Below, one piece after another: positions 39,619 through 48,537 of a DNA stretch of 64,000 bases (its first letter is position 1; each line of letters begins with the position of its first letter). Source of the stretch: a virus; the IMG/VR virus record IMGVR_UViG_3300017774_006254, positions 32,001-96,000 of that record; one strand, given 5' to 3'. Below the pieces are notes generated by a model that did not search any database, was not told the DNA's origin, and saw only the letters and a program-made list of their open reading frames with translations. The position numbers were made by a program, and so were the translations under genes.

Positions 39619-40814
39619 GCCTGATGTCCGTGGATATGACCAACGCGAAAGAGCGCGACGCCCGCCTTCCAGACGGCCGCCTGAGCCACGACGGACATCC
39701 GTTCCGCGCCCCCATTGTCTTCAAGGCGTCATGGAGAAACGCCCAAGGGCACGCGATGACCGGTCGGTTGCGCACCAACCGAGTCCAAAAGCGCTGGTGG
39801 TACGAAGACGGCTACGACGAAAGCCCAAGCTTCTGCGCCAACAGGGCTTCAACTAGTTCGCCACGCATCGCTCAGGGATGGGCAGATGCAATGGCTGTGA
39901 TGAGTCAAACAACAGCACCCCAGATCACCAAAGGTAAGTCATGAAGGTCAAAATCACCGAGTATCGCGGGTTCCTGGCGATCGAAGCTTTGGAACCTGAG
40001 ACGCCGCATCCCGACTGGGCGCCCATTGGTCCCGGCCGCTTTGGTTGCGTGGTCAACAACACGAAGACGAATCTCGGCATCAGCAAAGAAGCGATGCTCG
40101 TGCTCTCCAAGTTGCCCAAGAGCAGAGATTCGATCGGGAACATCATGTGGTTCACCACGAAGTCGCCCTCGGGGGAAGCGGAGGGCGCGGCCTTCGGTTG
40201 GATGGGCGGCGCGCTGTGCATCATCGGGCCTGACGCAGACACAGACCGCTCCACACGGATGCACCAAGGCCAGCACATCGACATCCCCAACGACACCTCC
40301 GCAATCCTGCGTGATGCCATCGATCTGGATCTGGAGAAGAAGCCATGAGCAAGATGATTACACTCCTCGACGGGTTCTCCCCGTCTGACATCCAGAAGAC
40401 CTGCATACTTCTGGCGTGGAGGGCTCGCGCAGAGCTTTCAATCGCCGAACAGAACCCCGACATGATCTTGCCGATCAGAGGGGGTCACGTGTCCAACGCG
40501 ATCTCAGCGCTGAGCGCCGCGATCGACCTCATCGGCCCGCAGAAAAAGATGGACCGTGCGCGCATGCTGCTGGACGTCGCCAAGTACGCCAGCGAAGCCA
40601 GCGAAGCTCACCTCAACGTCGCGGGCAACGCCGCGTTCCTCGTTCCCTCGATGCCCGAAATGGCGAAGAGGGCCGAGCACGCCCTTCTCATCTTCACGAA
40701 GTCGACCGAAGCCGCTCGCAAGGACGCGCATCGCGCGCTGGCCGAGCTGTGCGAGCTGTTCCCCGAGTCGGTCCCTGTCGAAGCACACCCGGAAATCGTC
40801 CAGGAGAACGTCTG

Positions 40815-41705
40815 ATGTACGCCGCGAAAGTTCTAGCCGACTCAATGGCCCCCAACGGTGTCCGCCTCGTGACCATGGAAGTCACGTTCCCCCGCTTCAT
40901 CCTGGCGGAATTCAATACGCATCGAATGTTCTCGCGGAACAGCGCGTCGAGCCGCGCTATCCCACTTGAGCGCCGCATCGCTCAAGTGCGTGCCAACCCG
41001 TTCGTTCCAGAAGCCTTCGGCGCCAACAAGAGCGGGATGCAGGCTGGCGCCGACCTCGGCGGCTGGAAGGCAGTCGTCGCACGCTGGCTCTGGCTTCTGG
41101 CCGCGAAGTTCTGCGTCTTGATCGCTTGGGGCATGAGCCACCTGGGCATTCACAAGCAGCACGCCAACCGCGTCATCGAGCTGTGGGCTTGGCATACCGT
41201 TGTCGTGTCGGCGACGGAGTGGGAGAACTTCTTCCGGCTTCGCACTCACAAGGACGCGCAGCCCGAGATGCAGATCGTGGCGAAGATGATGCGCGACGCG
41301 CACACGAGCAGCGTCTCCCTGCTACTCAAGGAAGGCGACTGGCACCTGCCCTACGTCACGAGCGACGAGAGGTCTTCCCTGTCGGAGAGCCAGGAGGTCG
41401 CGCTCAGCGTGGTGAAGTGCGCAGCTGTTTCTTTCGAACGGCAGAACACAGAGCGAACTCGCGAAGCTGTCACAGCGCGCCACGACGCGATGATCAAGTC
41501 GGCTCACTGGTCGCCGTTCGAACACGTTGCGCAAGTGGGCTCCGAAAGAGACGTGGACAAACTTGGCCTCTTCAAGATGGGCGAGGACGATTTTATCCCC
41601 GAGTTCATCGGCAACTTCCGGGCGCCGTGGGTCCAGTATCGAAAGAGGTTTCCAAACGAAGAGGTCTGGGAGCATCTGGAGTACGTGCCGGGGGCAAGTG
41701 TCTGA
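40815..41705 (+). CDS. thyX: FAD-dependent thymidylate synthase
   Basis: PRFILAEFNTHRMFSRNSASSRAIP, HKQHANR, NFFRLR, HWSPFEH. Confidence 0.88.
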   Translation: MYAAKVLADSMAPNGVRLVTMEVTFPRFILAEFNTHRMFSRNSASSRAIPLERRIAQVRANPFVPEAFGANKSGMQAGADLGGWKAVVARWLWLLAAKFCVLIAWGMSHLGIHKQHANRVIELWAWHTVVVSATEWENFFRLRTHKDAQPEMQIVAKMMRDAHTSSVSLLLKEGDWHLPYVTSDERSSLSESQEVALSVVKCAAVSFERQNTERTREAVTARHDAMIKSAHWSPFEHVAQVGSERDVDKLGLFKMGEDDFIPEFIGNFRAPWVQYRKRFPNEEVWEHLEYVPGASV

Positions 41706-42078
41706 CGTCGAAAGCGAACCGAAGCCGTGCGCCAAGTGTCCTTATCGCAAAGACGCCCCTCTCGAACTCTGGAGCCCAGAAGAGTTCCAGAACGTGCTCG
41801 AACAGGACAAAGCGATGGTTGGGCATGTGTTCGGCTGTCACAAGTACATCAAGAGGAAGCTCGCTGGCGAAGCGACTCCTCTCTGCGCAGGGTGGGTCCT
41901 CGACCAACTCAAGCGCGACCTTCCGTCGATTGCTCTGAGACTTTTGATCGCAAAGAGCGACAACCCTCAGCAGTCGTTTGCCCAGTTGCAGTCGGTTTCA
42001 TCGGACGGCCTTGACATGTACGAAACGATCGAAGACATGTGCGCCGCAAACGGAGTTGAAGATGACCAAGATCCCTGA
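41698..42078 (+). CDS. DUF6283-like Cys-rich protein
   Basis: PCAKCPYRKD...FGCH...CAGW. Confidence 0.6.
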   Translation: MSDVESEPKPCAKCPYRKDAPLELWSPEEFQNVLEQDKAMVGHVFGCHKYIKRKLAGEATPLCAGWVLDQLKRDLPSIALRLLIAKSDNPQQSFAQLQSVSSDGLDMYETIEDMCAANGVEDDQDP

Positions 42079-42706
42079 AATGCCTCCCATCTACACGTTC
42101 ATCGGAACCAAGTTTCGCTTTCTCGACGCGGACCCGAAGGACGTCTCGCTCATCGACATCGCCCAGTCGCTTGCCATGACGTGCCGCTACAACGGCCACA
42201 GCCTCCGCCACACGTCAACGGCAGCTCATTCCGTCCGCGTTGCAGAGCGAGCGCTCCAGGAAACCGGGGTACCCGGTATCGCCTGGCTCGCGCTCATGCA
42301 CGACGCTCCCGAGGCGTACGTCGGAGACATTCCCACGCCACTCAAGCACGCGATGCGCATCGTGTGTGGGGAAAAGAAGAGCCCATTCGACACCATCGAA
42401 GACGCGGTCACCGCTGTCGTCGCGCAGGCGCTTGGACTCGACGAAAAGATCACCGGAAGATACTCGCTCAGGGAAGCCTGGGCCATTGTCAACGGTCTCG
42501 ACTACGAAGACTTCATCGCCGAAGCCAGTGTTGAGTGTCGTCAGCCAAAACGCCTGGTCCCTGAAAAAGCGATCTACCCCACCGGCCACACCGCCAAGCA
42601 AGCGCGAGCGCTGTGGCTACGTACGGCTGCCAAGTACGCCCCCACGACCGAGTTGCTTGTTCGCGTCCGAAGTGCCCAAGCGTACTTCCGAGGAGCGCAT
42701 CAATGA
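42062..42706 (+). CDS. HD-domain phosphohydrolase (YfbR-like 5'-deoxynucleotidase)
   Basis: DIAQSLA..CRYNGH, AHSV, LMHDAPEAYVGDIPTPLK. Confidence 0.85.
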   Translation: MTKIPEMPPIYTFIGTKFRFLDADPKDVSLIDIAQSLAMTCRYNGHSLRHTSTAAHSVRVAERALQETGVPGIAWLALMHDAPEAYVGDIPTPLKHAMRIVCGEKKSPFDTIEDAVTAVVAQALGLDEKITGRYSLREAWAIVNGLDYEDFIAEASVECRQPKRLVPEKAIYPTGHTAKQARALWLRTAAKYAPTTELLVRVRSAQAYFRGAHQ

Positions 42707-44487
42707 CCTTCCGTGTCTACAGGTACGGCTTGCAACCGCCCATCGAGAACGCGGAACTTGTTCGAAGCCAATTTGTCCTGGCTCACAAGTACCAGAACAA
42801 GCTCATCGAGATCGAAATTCAGCAGCGCGCAGAGGTGCGTGCTCTGTCTGCCAGGCACGGCGTCATCCCTGAGCTTGAAGCCAATGCCAAGGCTGCCGTC
42901 GACAGCGTCGACAAGCTCTTGGCAGAAATCAGGGTCCTGAAGTCGGCATCGAGAACGCGGGTCGTGCCGCAGGAACTCAAAGACCAGCTCGCCGCCGCGA
43001 AGGTAATCAAGAAGGAGACGCGAAATGCTCTCCAGGCGGCGCGCTACGAGACGCGCTCCGACACCGCGATCGCAGCCATCAGCAAGGAGATTCAGGAGAA
43101 GTACCTCGCAGCGCGCAAAGCAGCTCGTGCCGCTAACGGTCTCTACTGGGGCTCCTATCTGCTGGTCGAAGACGCAGACGACGCGCGGCGCAAGATGCCG
43201 TTCTACAAGGGCATCGAGCCGAATGACCCCCGCTTCGTGCGCTGGTCGGGTGAAGGTGCTGTCGGAGTGCAGATGCAGAAGGGGCTCCCGGTGGAAAGTA
43301 TCTCCACATCAAGGCACATTCGCATCGACCCCCGTCAGGCTCCTCCAGGAGTTGACCCTGCAAGCAAACGCTCCGCGAAGCGCTCGTACTGCACGCTCCG
43401 AATGCGCGTCGAAACGAATGATGACGCCACCAAGACACCGGTGTGGGCAGCTTGGCCTATGGTGTTCCACCGGCCCCTGCCAGAAGGCGGCGTGATCAAG
43501 CGAGCAGCCGTGCACATGAGGAAGATCGGCCCGCGAGAAGAGTGGTACGTGCTGTTCTCGGTCGATTTCAGCGGGGCTCCCGCGACTCCAGCTACAACAG
43601 AGCGAGTAGCCGTTGACATCGGATGGCGAGTGACTGAGGACGAAGGCATCTGCGTCGCCACTTGCGTCTCAGACAGCGGAGAGATCACGCGACTCGTCTT
43701 GGACAAGAAACTGCTGTCTCAGGCGAAAAAAGCGGAAGAGCTTCAGTCCATCCGAAAGAGGAACTTCAACGAAGCCATCGTAGCGCTCGTGAGCCAAGTT
43801 CACCTGGCAACCAATCCACCGGACGGGAGCGCGCCCACGATGCTGCTGCCAGAGTGGTTCCCTACGAACCTGATGCAGTGGAAGTCGGAGCAACGCTTTG
43901 CGGGCCTGGTGCACCAATGGGCGACCAATCGTTTTGAAGGCGACGAAGAGATCTTCACCGCCGCAGAAGCATGGCGCATCCACGACCGACACCTGTGGGA
44001 CTGGGAATGCAACCAGAGGTCAAAGGCTCTCCGTCACCGACGAGAGGTGTATCGAATCTTCGCGGCTCGACTTTCAAACAAGTACGCGCAGATCGTCCTC
44101 GAAGACTTCGACCTCCGGAAGGTGGCTCAAGTCCCAAGCGTTGAGAATCAAGTCGGCGACAACGAGCAGGCTCGGGCGAACCGACACTCGGTCAGCGTGA
44201 GCGAGCTGCGGCTCTGCCTGGTCAACAAGTTTGTAGACCGTGTATCCATCGTGCCCGCCGAGTTCACAACCAAGAGGTGTGCTCACTGTGGCCATCTGAA
44301 CACCTGGGACCAGGCGAAGTACGTCAGCCACACGTGCGCCAGCTGCGGTACCACTTGGAACCAAGACGAGAATGCGGCGCGCAACATGCTCGCTTACGAG
44401 AGCCCGCCTGTTGAAGCCAAAGCCCCATCCAAGGGTCGATGGATCAAAGCTAAGGAGGCGAAGAGGGAGCGAGAGGCGGCCGAGTAA
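42703..44487 (+). CDS. Cas12m-like (type V-M / TnpB-derived) RNA-guided effector
   Basis: 594 aa; long helical REC region, LYWGSY, RFVRWSGEGAVGVQMQ, RuvC-I AVDIGWR, RuvC-II VLEDFD, Zn ribbon CAHC...CASC, RuvC-III QDENAARN. Confidence 0.8.
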   Translation: MTFRVYRYGLQPPIENAELVRSQFVLAHKYQNKLIEIEIQQRAEVRALSARHGVIPELEANAKAAVDSVDKLLAEIRVLKSASRTRVVPQELKDQLAAAKVIKKETRNALQAARYETRSDTAIAAISKEIQEKYLAARKAARAANGLYWGSYLLVEDADDARRKMPFYKGIEPNDPRFVRWSGEGAVGVQMQKGLPVESISTSRHIRIDPRQAPPGVDPASKRSAKRSYCTLRMRVETNDDATKTPVWAAWPMVFHRPLPEGGVIKRAAVHMRKIGPREEWYVLFSVDFSGAPATPATTERVAVDIGWRVTEDEGICVATCVSDSGEITRLVLDKKLLSQAKKAEELQSIRKRNFNEAIVALVSQVHLATNPPDGSAPTMLLPEWFPTNLMQWKSEQRFAGLVHQWATNRFEGDEEIFTAAEAWRIHDRHLWDWECNQRSKALRHRREVYRIFAARLSNKYAQIVLEDFDLRKVAQVPSVENQVGDNEQARANRHSVSVSELRLCLVNKFVDRVSIVPAEFTTKRCAHCGHLNTWDQAKYVSHTCASCGTTWNQDENAARNMLAYESPPVEAKAPSKGRWIKAKEAKREREAAE

Positions 44488-44529
44488 TGGGCGCACGTGC
44501 ACGAGCATGGGGGACGTCTCCTGCCTGGT

Positions 44530-44685
44530 GGTAGTGCGGCAAGTGCAATCGCGAGCGCGATCACAAGAACTTCGCCAAAGCAGGACAGCCAGTTCCCACC
44601 GGCCGTATCAAAGGAAAAGTCACGAGTCCGCACGTGCAGTACAGTCGTGACCATCCGACGTGATCGCAGCACTTACACACTTCTG
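44530..44685 (+). ncRNA. Putative structured RNA immediately downstream of the Cas12m-like gene
   Basis: Nested complementarity AAGTGC/GCACTT, GCGATCAC/GTGATCGC and GTCACGA/TCGTGAC. Confidence 0.4.
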
Positions 44686-44775
44686 CGCGCACCTTTCATT
44701 CGTTCGGATGTTCCCCGACGAAGCAGTCAAGTCAGGTCTGTTTTCCGAAATGCAACTAGATCGCTGGAGAAAACG

Positions 44776-45021
44776 ATGAACACAACAAGACCATACGTGG
44801 TGAAGTCCGGAGACACACTGTCTCGAATTGCCACGGACCATGGCTTGTCTTGGCGTGCTCTCTACGACTCACAAGAGAACGCCGACTTTCGAGCGAAACG
44901 TCCGGACCCTCAGAAAATCTTCGTTGGCGACGTCATCAACATTCCAGAGAAGAATGTAGCTCTCCGCAGGCTCGGGACGGTTGCCGAGCTGGACCCGTTG
45001 TGGTCGCCGATCAAGGTCTAA
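44776..45021 (+). CDS. LysM-domain protein
   Basis: YVVKSGDTLSRIA...DPQKIFVGDVINIP; RBS GGAG. Confidence 0.85.
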   Translation: MNTTRPYVVKSGDTLSRIATDHGLSWRALYDSQENADFRAKRPDPQKIFVGDVINIPEKNVALRRLGTVAELDPLWSPIKV

Positions 45022-45035
45022 CCGCAGTACACGAA

Positions 45036-45288
45036 CTCGACGCGTCGAGGCATTGGTTGGTGGACAAGTGGCGCTCGCGTCCGAGGCGAGACAGATCCAA
45101 ACCGCTTGGAGTATCCAAGACCCGAGGACAAGCTTTGAAGGCCGCTCGGCGCCCAGCCGAGACCGTAACGGAGTTTCGGCGACAAAGACGAGACGAGATC
45201 ACCGTCCGCAAAAGCAGCTCGACGCTCCAAGTCGAGACCTGGATGCTCGCTGTGCAAGCGCAATGGCATCTCGGCGCCCAGCCGAGAC
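45036..45288 (+). CRISPR. Degenerate CRISPR-like mini-array of hairpin-AC units
   Basis: Seven hairpins of the form CTYG...CRAG-AC; CTCGGCGCCCAGCCGAGAC occurs exactly twice (45145, 45270); intervening sequences are unique. Confidence 0.5.
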
Positions 45289-45339
45289 GAAAGGATCGCA
45301 CACGAATGCGCCTTGACTGGCCAACTGTTACACTTGGCC

Positions 45340-46152
45340 ATGTCTTCACGTCAGCGCAAAACCAGCCGAAATCCCGAGTCCAAAAATCGTCGCGTAACGA
45401 TTAGACCAGGGCTAATCTCTGGGCCTGGATTCAAAGCCACCGCCTACAAGGGATCCGATCCCACCTTCAAAGGTCGTATCGCAGTTCTGCGTGGCTCCGG
45501 GATGACTGAGTTCCCCAACGTGCAGCAGCTCACTCGCATTCTGCGCGAGGAGGGCATTTCACCTTCCGCCGCTGAGCAGGCCTTTGGCTCGAAGAAGATG
45601 AAGAAGAACGGCGGCGCGGGGAAGACCGTTCGCCATGGCTACCTCAAGATCGGCGGCATGGAAGCAGCCGAGTACAAGGGTCCCGAGAAGAAGCTTACTG
45701 GCAAGATTCACATCTCGGCCCCCGGCATCAGCGCTTACAAGACCGTGAGCGAATTCCAGCAGATCGCCCAAAAAATCGGCATCGACATGGAGGACCTTGT
45801 CGCGGCGTTCGGGCACATGTTCGAACTCGAAAAGCCAGAGAAGATCGACGCCAAACTCACGTACGGACCGAAGCGCATGAAGCTTGGCCACGTTGGGCCT
45901 CGCGGCGTGAGCTTGGGGACGAAGCAGGGAAGCCTAGTCTTGCTCGATAGCCAGAGCGGTCAGATTGTCTGGGGCGTCATGGAGGAGTCCAAGGCAATTC
46001 GCAACATGGCGACGAACCGTGAAGTCTCCGTCGCAAGCGTGTTTACCAAAGCGAAGTCACTGAGGATTCCAGCACAAGCAGTCTACGACGCATTCGGGCA
46101 CATGCTGAGTGCCGAGGAGCGTCGAAAGCTTGTTACTTCATTCCATCGCTGA
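45340..46152 (+). CDS. Basic protein with three internal repeats
   Basis: Units end in EQAFG, VAAFGHM and YDAFGHM. Confidence 0.6.
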   Translation: MSSRQRKTSRNPESKNRRVTIRPGLISGPGFKATAYKGSDPTFKGRIAVLRGSGMTEFPNVQQLTRILREEGISPSAAEQAFGSKKMKKNGGAGKTVRHGYLKIGGMEAAEYKGPEKKLTGKIHISAPGISAYKTVSEFQQIAQKIGIDMEDLVAAFGHMFELEKPEKIDAKLTYGPKRMKLGHVGPRGVSLGTKQGSLVLLDSQSGQIVWGVMEESKAIRNMATNREVSVASVFTKAKSLRIPAQAVYDAFGHMLSAEERRKLVTSFHR

Positions 46153-46154
46153 CG

Positions 46155-46204
46155 TCTGTCGAAAGTAGTTGACGGCGAGATCCGCGAGAACTACTTTCGA
46201 CAGA
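46155..46204 (+). promoter_or_regulatory. Promoter inside a 16-bp inverted repeat; probable leaderless transcript
   Basis: TCTGTCGAAAGTAGTT-18nt-AACTACTTTCGACAGA; TTGACG-17nt-TACTTT; ATG at 46204. Confidence 0.7.
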
Positions 46205-46545
46205 TGACTCTGAAATCCCGGCTCAGTGCCCTAGCTGAAAAGTGCGCTGAGTCCATGCATCGGGCTGCCTGGGAAGCTCTGACTCGAACGACGGCTTTCC
46301 GTCAGAAGTTCGACGCGGTAGCCGACTCTCTGTCTCAGATCGAGATTGCGATTTCGAACGTGGAGGAAGGCGTTCTGAATCAGTTTCCGGCGAACGAACA
46401 CCGTGCCGATCTGTTGGAAGCTCTCGCGCTAATTCGCAAGACGCTGAACCTCACAAGGGAGGCCGTTGCTGGTGTTTCCGGTGAGTCGAAAGTTGTTGAC
46501 ACAGAGAGTGCTCCAACCTACAAGGTTTCGAATGAGCCTCAGTAA
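46204..46545 (+). CDS. Hypothetical helical protein
   Basis: ORF starting at the predicted +1. Confidence 0.5.
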   Translation: MTLKSRLSALAEKCAESMHRAAWEALTRTTAFRQKFDAVADSLSQIEIAISNVEEGVLNQFPANEHRADLLEALALIRKTLNLTREAVAGVSGESKVVDTESAPTYKVSNEPQ

Positions 46546-46744
46546 AAAGTTCATCGAATCCGGGCTGTTGAGCACTGGCGCCGTCGCAAAGAGGTGCGGT
46601 GTCGACCGGAGTACACCGTTCGTTTGGATCAAGTCCAAGATGCTCAAATCAACGAAAGTTGATGGCTACATTGGGGTCAAAGAGAGTGACCTCAAGAAGT
46701 TCCTTTCGATCTACAACGTGAACGGAGAAAAGAAGAATGAGTGA
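46532..46744 (+). CDS. Excisionase/MerR-like HTH DNA-binding protein
   Basis: LLSTGAVAKRCGVDRSTPFVWIKS...VKESDLKKFL. Confidence 0.7.
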   Translation: MSLSKKFIESGLLSTGAVAKRCGVDRSTPFVWIKSKMLKSTKVDGYIGVKESDLKKFLSIYNVNGEKKNE

Positions 46745-47990
46745 TTCCGAATTGGTGACTACAACGCCGCTTACGGCGGCTGAGCTTGAGTCGTATGGCG
46801 TCATCATGCCTCTCGCGAGTGCTGCGCAATTGCGTCGAGTCCACGCTGAGAAGCAGGCAATGTACGCGGCGATCCTCGACGAGAACGACTACATCTACGT
46901 GGTCGCGTTTCAGGAGGGAGGCAAGGCAAAGCAGAGCGTCTATGCTCTCAAAGAGCACGCTGAGAAGGCCGCCGACGCATACAAAGTGAAGGTCATGGCG
47001 AGCCCGAAGAAGAGTGGCATCACGAAGCTCGCTGCCGCTCTTGGCATCGAGTGCAGGCGCATTGACGGCGGCGGAGTGCCAAAGGAGCCAGGAGCAAATC
47101 ACTCCTGGGTTCTTTACGAGGCCAAACACGCGAAGACGGGGCGAACTGCCGAGGGCATCGGATGGTGCGACAAGTCCGAGCAGGGCGGGAAGATTGCCAC
47201 GCACGCGATGCTCGGGACGGCGGACACGCGCGGATTCAACCGTGCGGTCTTGCGCCTCTCAGGGTTCGGAAACGTGTCAGCTGAAGAGGTTCTTGGAGGC
47301 GAGGACACCATGGTGCAGTTCTCCGACCCAATCGCAACTTCACAGCAGAAGGCTGCCGCTCTCCCCGCGCCTTCCGATGAAAGTGTCATCATGGCGATGA
47401 GGGGTTGGGCGGAAGAACTCGCTCGGCGCCCTGAAGGGCTTCAGCCAGCCGCACAGCAGTCCACAAGGGCTGCGAGAGAGATGAGGGCCAAGGCAGCCCG
47501 TGGGGCTTACACGGAGGCCCGTGTGATGGGTTCGATGGGATTTGCGTGGGACGGCCCAGCTCAGGACTCACCAGCTCACGAGCTGTTCAACGTTGAACCG
47601 CCCACCATCACCGTCGACGATGTCACGCGCTCCGCCAAGCTCATCGCTGCCACGGAGACCAAGCCTGTGGGCTGGGATCTGAGCGGGATGTCCAACGCTC
47701 ACGAAGAGAACCGCACGGAAGAGAAGCCGATCACGCGCGAACAAGGCGCCGCTGGCGTTCCTGCCGCGAGCGTTCCGCTTGCTGCCACTCATGGCGCGGG
47801 CTCCGACACCATCAGCCAAGCTCAGCAGAAGATCCTGAGCGCCGCATTGCTCGGGCGACTCGGAACACGAGAAGCGTGTCAGGCGTGGCTGATGACACAT
47901 GCAAACGTCGAACGAAGCGCTTTCGTTCGTCAAAACCAGTACGACGCTCTGCTGAAGTTGCTGGAAGAAGGAGACAAGAAGAATGCCTGA
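46737..47990 (+). CDS. Putative ssDNA-annealing/recombination protein
   Basis: TAEGIG...TADTRGFNRAV...SAEE resembles annealase-type motifs; lies before an SSB-like gene. Confidence 0.45.
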   Translation: MSDSELVTTTPLTAAELESYGVIMPLASAAQLRRVHAEKQAMYAAILDENDYIYVVAFQEGGKAKQSVYALKEHAEKAADAYKVKVMASPKKSGITKLAAALGIECRRIDGGGVPKEPGANHSWVLYEAKHAKTGRTAEGIGWCDKSEQGGKIATHAMLGTADTRGFNRAVLRLSGFGNVSAEEVLGGEDTMVQFSDPIATSQQKAAALPAPSDESVIMAMRGWAEELARRPEGLQPAAQQSTRAAREMRAKAARGAYTEARVMGSMGFAWDGPAQDSPAHELFNVEPPTITVDDVTRSAKLIAATETKPVGWDLSGMSNAHEENRTEEKPITREQGAAGVPAASVPLAATHGAGSDTISQAQQKILSAALLGRLGTREACQAWLMTHANVERSAFVRQNQYDALLKLLEEGDKKNA

Positions 47991-48471
47991 AGTGAAAATT
48001 GGTTACGCGAAGATCACCGAGCCCGAAGCGGCCAAGAAGCCGCCGAAGAAGCCGCCCGTCGCCATCGGCACGTACAAGGCCGTGATCGCGGGCGCGCCCC
48101 TGGGCGTGACGAAGGGAACGCCACTCCAGAAGCTGGCTGTCGAGTTTCAGATCATCTGCGCAGCAGAGACCGGAGACATGGCAGAGACCGGTCGTCGCGT
48201 GTACCAGGACTACGTGCTTGAGCCCGACCCGGCAAAGCCCGACTGGGATGACCAGCGGCGCTTCGAGCTGCGCAGCCTGCTTGATGCCTCTGGCATCAAA
48301 TACTCCGAAGGGGCGTTCAACAACGATCATCTCGTCGGATGCACGGTGCTCATCTCGGTTATCCATCGCCTCGGAAAAGAGGTCGACCAGGACACTGGCA
48401 CGTTCCCCAAGTTCGCCAACATCTCCAAAGTCGACACCGCGGAGCCGATCAATCCAGACGAACTGGTCTGA
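47983..48471 (+). CDS. DUF669-like SSB candidate
   Basis: GTYKAVI...EFQI...GRRV beta-rich fold with an acidic end. Confidence 0.55.
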   Translation: MPEVKIGYAKITEPEAAKKPPKKPPVAIGTYKAVIAGAPLGVTKGTPLQKLAVEFQIICAAETGDMAETGRRVYQDYVLEPDPAKPDWDDQRRFELRSLLDASGIKYSEGAFNNDHLVGCTVLISVIHRLGKEVDQDTGTFPKFANISKVDTAEPINPDELV

Positions 48472-48490
48472 CCTGTTCCTCGGCAGCAAG

Positions 48491-48528
48491 ACGGCCCGTG
48501 ACTCATCATCATCGGGCCGTTTTCTTTT
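48491..48528 (+). terminator. Rho-independent terminator
   Basis: Stem ACGGCCCG/CGGGCCGT followed by TTTCTTTT. Confidence 0.7.
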
Positions 48529-48537
48529 GGAGTGTGT

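Noticed and set aside
42703-44487. IS200/IS605 transposon (plain tnpB)
   Set aside because: No tnpA or IS ends are visible, the gene is coupled into a viral operon, and its size and motifs fit Cas12m-like proteins better.
45164-45185. Self-targeting of an array spacer to about 8509 (shared CGGAGTTTCG)
   Set aside because: Only 10 nt match, which is too short to distinguish from chance given the number of spacer positions compared.
46532-46744. Evidence for an integrated prophage (excisionase)
   Set aside because: No integrase, att sites or host genes occur in the window; the HTH is more simply a regulator.
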